Below, one piece after another: positions 60,016 to 64,000 of a stretch of DNA of 64,000 nucleotides; the stretch's first letter is position 1; each line of letters begins with the position of its first letter. A program made the position numbers and the translations under genes. This DNA is from Amoebophrya sp. A120 (lineage: Eukaryota > Protista > Dinoflagellata), in assembly GCA_905178155.1 (NCBI GenBank), contig CAJINV010000008.1:1302001-1366000 (forward strand), given 5' to 3'. The notes beneath the pieces are model-generated. The model worked only from the letters and a program-made list of their open reading frames with translations. It made no database searches and was not told where the DNA came from.

Positions 60016-62469
60016 ATGTCGCGTTCGCAGTGGTCTTCTCGTCAAGTTGGTGGCCTTCCAGTTTGTGGTCGTGCCATGCGTATAGCATGCTTGCTTTCGT
60101 TGTTGCGGGTTGTGGCAGGTTTAAGAAACCACCTAATAGGTCCTCAAAAATTTATTTTGTCCTCCTCAACACTAGCAATGCAGCGCTCGATTCTTTTACT
60201 TCTTTCCGGGGGAACCGTAGCTGCAGAGATACCGACCGCCGCGCAAGGCCAAGGATCTGCAGCATCGGAGGTTCAAGGTGTAATTGCGCTGGCGTCTCAG
60301 ACGACGACCCCGGAGGAAATCGAAGCAGCGGAAAGCCTACGACGGAAATTCACTTTCGGTGAGCCATCCGACACTGCTGCAGGCGCAGGAAAGATCCGCA
60401 TCTCCGCCATGCACGATTACAAAGCGACCGACTCCTACGGTTTTTCGACCATCCTTCCCTGGCTCTCGCGGTTGGTGCTCGATTTCCCGCACGCTCAGTG
60501 GTTTCTGTTTCATGACCCAAGAAAAGGTAATTTTTGCTCGCTGCGCTCCATGGTGCTTCAGCTTGTGAAGCGAGGAAGCGGGGCACTTTTCCTGCTGGCC
60601 GCGAAACTTATTACCGATTCGGGCACTCTGCGGATCATTCACCACTACGACCAATCCGGTTTGCGGTACCCAGGAAGTTTTGACTTTGCCATTTCGAAAG
60701 GCCTGGCCGAAAGTTTGCTGTCGCAGAAGTTCGGCGACGGGCACCGGAGGACCGATTTTACGATTGACCCGCTTTTTGAACTTGCGAAGGAGATCTACAA
60801 ATTGCAGAACAATAAGCTGTTCTTGAAGGAGATGGAAAACGAGGACTTGGCTATGCCAATCGAAGTAGCAGAATTCAAGCGCGTGTTGCCGGAGCTGCCC
60901 TGCACGAAAGACTTGCCTTCGAATGCCGATGGAGGGAGCGAGCGACCGTGGAAAAACGGCAAATGCGCGGTCGCGGAGTCCGCGCAGGTTGCACCTGCAT
61001 CCTCGGGTGCACGACTTCAGGCAGAATCAAGTGCTGGGGCAGCAGGACGTCTGCAGCAACTCGGACGCCGGGGTGGGGTGTTGTTCGCGCCTCGAGTTGT
61101 GACAGATCTGGCGGACGTCAGCATCGTGCTTGCCGTAAAGACCACCGGAAAGTACTGGAAAAGTCGCATCCTTAACGGGTTCCGCGACTCTTTTTCGTTC
61201 CCGAGTGAGTGGGTGCGACCGCCGAAGAACTTCCGGATTCTGTACTTCCTGGATAACACAACATCGCTAGCCGAAAAAGCGGAAATGGAAGCGAGTCTCT
61301 CCCCTACCTCCACGACAAATAGGAGTCCGAAGAATAAAGCCTCCTTGTCAGGTAGAGCTGCGGAAGAAGGTGAAGGAAACGACGCAGAGGATAACACCTA
61401 CCAGAGTGTTGAGTCTGACGCCGTAGATTTTCTGCGCTCGAGTTTCGTCCAGGAACAAGTCGTCATCCTTCCCGTCAACAACACAAAACTTGGACACTGC
61501 GGAAAAATGGTTGGCCTACTCAAATACGACTATTCGCAGACAACTTCCGCCCCCACACTCGGCGCGGCTGCAAGAGCTGGTAGCATGGATTCGAAAGGTG
61601 AAGAAGAAGGAACGACTAGAAGTCCAGCACCAGATTTCAATGGTGACCTTGTCACGACCGATGAAGAAGAAGATCGACTATCAGTAGAAGTAGGTCGCGC
61701 ACCTTCAGGCTCTGACGAGGTCGATTTCCTTATCGTTTCCGACGACGATACCATGTGGAATGTGCCGGCGTTGTTTAGTGTTTTGAAGCAGTACGATCCG
61801 AGGACCCAGGACCTGTACCTGGGCGAAAAGTACGGCTATGGGGTGAGTCGCAACCGCTGGACGCGGAGGAAAGGCACATCATCTTCGGAAGATGACTACA
61901 TAGATGCAGCTCAACAGTCTGGCTACGACTACATTACGACCGGAGGCGGCATGGTTCTAACGGGCAAGACGTTGCGGAAATTCCAGCACTGCAAGAGATG
62001 TACTTGCTACAAAGAAGATACGCCCGACGACATGGCCCTGGGCATGTGGTTTATGCCCCGCCGCGAAGCTGACGAAGATGAAGCATTGGTAGATATAAAG
62101 CGAGTGGACGAGGACGCGGGCGACTTTCGTCCAAACGTGCCCGCGACCCACAACGCAGGCTTTCATCAGCGCGGACCTCGGGACTATCCGCCGGAGTACC
62201 TTGCCCGGTCCAGCCCGCAGATTAGCTTCCACAAAGTCTTCCAACAGCATTCCATTACCAACCCGAGGAGGGAGGTTCTATGGGAACATCTTGTCAGCCC
62301 AGACCTGAAGTCCGTACTCTTTTCCCGGTGGAGCCGCCTGTTGAACGAAAACGATGCCTCCGCGATACAAGAATTTGAAGCTGAGTTGGCACAAACAGCG
62401 GTTGGAAAAGAAGCACTCATGCACAAAGATGAGATGAGGGATGGATCATGCCTCCAGCAGGAGTTATAA
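60016..62469 (+). CDS. Fringe-like GT31 glycosyltransferase resembling beta-1,3-glucosyltransferase B3GLCT
   Basis: Motifs in order: AVKTT, NTKLGHCGKM, IVSDDDT (DxD), YLGEKYGYG, YDYITTGGGMVL, CxC...PDDMALGMW, FHQxxPxDY, ISFHK. Hydrophobic N-terminus. Confidence 0.88.
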   Translation: MSRSQWSSRQVGGLPVCGRAMRIACLLSLLRVVAGLRNHLIGPQKFILSSSTLAMQRSILLLLSGGTVAAEIPTAAQGQGSAASEVQGVIALASQTTTPEEIEAAESLRRKFTFGEPSDTAAGAGKIRISAMHDYKATDSYGFSTILPWLSRLVLDFPHAQWFLFHDPRKGNFCSLRSMVLQLVKRGSGALFLLAAKLITDSGTLRIIHHYDQSGLRYPGSFDFAISKGLAESLLSQKFGDGHRRTDFTIDPLFELAKEIYKLQNNKLFLKEMENEDLAMPIEVAEFKRVLPELPCTKDLPSNADGGSERPWKNGKCAVAESAQVAPASSGARLQAESSAGAAGRLQQLGRRGGVLFAPRVVTDLADVSIVLAVKTTGKYWKSRILNGFRDSFSFPSEWVRPPKNFRILYFLDNTTSLAEKAEMEASLSPTSTTNRSPKNKASLSGRAAEEGEGNDAEDNTYQSVESDAVDFLRSSFVQEQVVILPVNNTKLGHCGKMVGLLKYDYSQTTSAPTLGAAARAGSMDSKGEEEGTTRSPAPDFNGDLVTTDEEEDRLSVEVGRAPSGSDEVDFLIVSDDDTMWNVPALFSVLKQYDPRTQDLYLGEKYGYGVSRNRWTRRKGTSSSEDDYIDAAQQSGYDYITTGGGMVLTGKTLRKFQHCKRCTCYKEDTPDDMALGMWFMPRREADEDEALVDIKRVDEDAGDFRPNVPATHNAGFHQRGPRDYPPEYLARSSPQISFHKVFQQHSITNPRREVLWEHLVSPDLKSVLFSRWSRLLNENDASAIQEFEAELAQTAVGKEALMHKDEMRDGSCLQQEL

Positions 62470-63164
62470 GCGTCTGAAGCCTCGCACATATGTAGGAGTA
62501 GATGCGCATACTTGTACGTAGAAATAAGGTGTGTAGTAGTAAGCAGGAGGACCACGACCAAACCAGAAACACCCTGAACTTGTCCCGGCGTGGTGTTCAG
62601 GGCCACGTACCACGAAGAACAATCACGCGCAGGCCCGCTGAGCGACAGAAGCTGCCCTGCTAGAAATCACTTTTTCTTTGCTCCTGCATTGTTCAACCCG
62701 TTTTGCTGTTTTCGTTATACAACTCTTTGCTACTTTTGGGTTTCGTTTTTTTTTTTCAAATCTTGACAAAAAAGAACAAGAAGTCAGTGGCAACAGAGCA
62801 ACGCAATATCAAAGTACTGTTGAGCCGAAGGTCGTGAGCGGAACGACATACCACGACGAGCGAGTAAGGCAAAGTCAAAAGGTTTTGTAAACGAAAGCCA
62901 TTCCGGAACAACACGAATAAAATGTAAAAACGTATAATTAATAAACTTGTGACCAGGTCTCTCCTGTTTGCCCAAACACGGTACTAACAGTGACTTCTCG
63001 TTGTATCATCTGTAAGTCTTGTGTCTGTGGAGGGACACGACCACGCGAAAGAACTGCTTGATCGTCACAGTCACAAACGAAAGTAGTTGTCCTCGGCACC
63101 ACAAACAAATAAACCCAAGAAGGTATTTGCGTGCATATAACTCAACAGGAGTACAACAAACTCC

Positions 63165-64000
63165 ATGAAGACGAAGTGTCACACAGGCACAGAAAAATCA
63201 GGCCCTGGGAGAGAACTAGCACGTCGAGACGGAGGCGGAGCCAAGATGTCCAGAAAACGAAACATGTCCCACCGTGTCGCAACGGCGAGCGGGCTCATTG
63301 CGTTTCTAGGTGCCGAGGTTGGACACGCTCAGCTGATAGTGGACTACCAGAATCTCGCGGAGCAGAATGTGACCCGGTACGGCGAGACCCTCGCAAAGTC
63401 CGGCACGGATCTGTTCAAAGCCTCCTCATCCTCCTCGAAGCCCGCCGTTGTCCACGAAACAATTCTCAAAAGTGGCATCAAAGAATGTGATCCGACGGTG
63501 ACGCAGCACAGCGGGTATATTGCACTTGCTTCAACATCTAGATGTTGAAGGTGATCTTTTCACTTCATGGTGCTACATAAAACTAAAGCATAAACATTCA
63601 CGCCCGCTCGAAGGGCATGGGGAGAAACGAACTCAGTGCGACGTTTGATAGAAGCTGAAGCAAGCGCACCGATGATTTCAATACCCGCGAAAACTTCCTT
63701 TGTAGGTACATTGCGTTTCCGGGACACCAAGGAACCCAGAAGTCGTATTTCTTTTGGATGTTCGAGGCGAAGAAGGTTGATCCGAAGACAGCTCCGCTGG
63801 TGCTGTGGCTGACCGGCGGCCCCGGCTGCTCCAGTATCATGGCATTGCTTTCGGAGAACGGGCCGTGCGGCGTGGATTCGGACGGAAAAACGCTGAAGCC
63901 GAATCCCTACAGCTGGAACACCAATGCCAACGTCATCTGGGTCGATCAGCCAGCGGGAACGGGATTTTCCGAAGGTACTTGGTATGTTGAGTCCCACTGT
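63165..64000 (+). CDS. Serine carboxypeptidase, peptidase family S10, 3'-partial; intron 63515..63705
   Basis: CDPTVTQHSGYI...YFFWMFEA...PLVLWLTGGPGCSSIMALLSENGPC...NPYSWNTNANVIWVDQPAGTGFS. Confidence 0.95.

Overview
Eukaryotic, intron-rich protist genomic DNA. It most resembles an alveolate of the Syndiniales/dinoflagellate type such as Amoebophrya; this is an inference from the gene architecture, not a database result. Every recognisable gene lies on the + strand. Recognisable genes: a tandem-domain aquaporin (MIP), a calmodulin-like EF-hand protein missed by the ORF track, an IQ-motif protein, an RJL-type small GTPase, UTP21/WDR36, a B3GLCT/Fringe-like GT31 glycosyltransferase and an S10 serine carboxypeptidase. 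There are also very large hypothetical secreted/membrane proteins at 3.4-24 kb. The most striking signal is a set of non-autonomous mobile elements. Three TA...TA inverted-repeat elements with exact 5-bp target-site duplications are present; two interrupt the same reading frame and appear to act as non-canonical introns (introners). There is also a 2.3-kb TIR element with an 8-bp TSD, several introns bounded by direct repeats of exon sequence, satellite arrays inside introns or TIR elements, and near-perfect single and double hairpins. A 770-N assembly gap lies at 10135-10904. Exon boundaries were read by eye and need RNA-seq confirmation.
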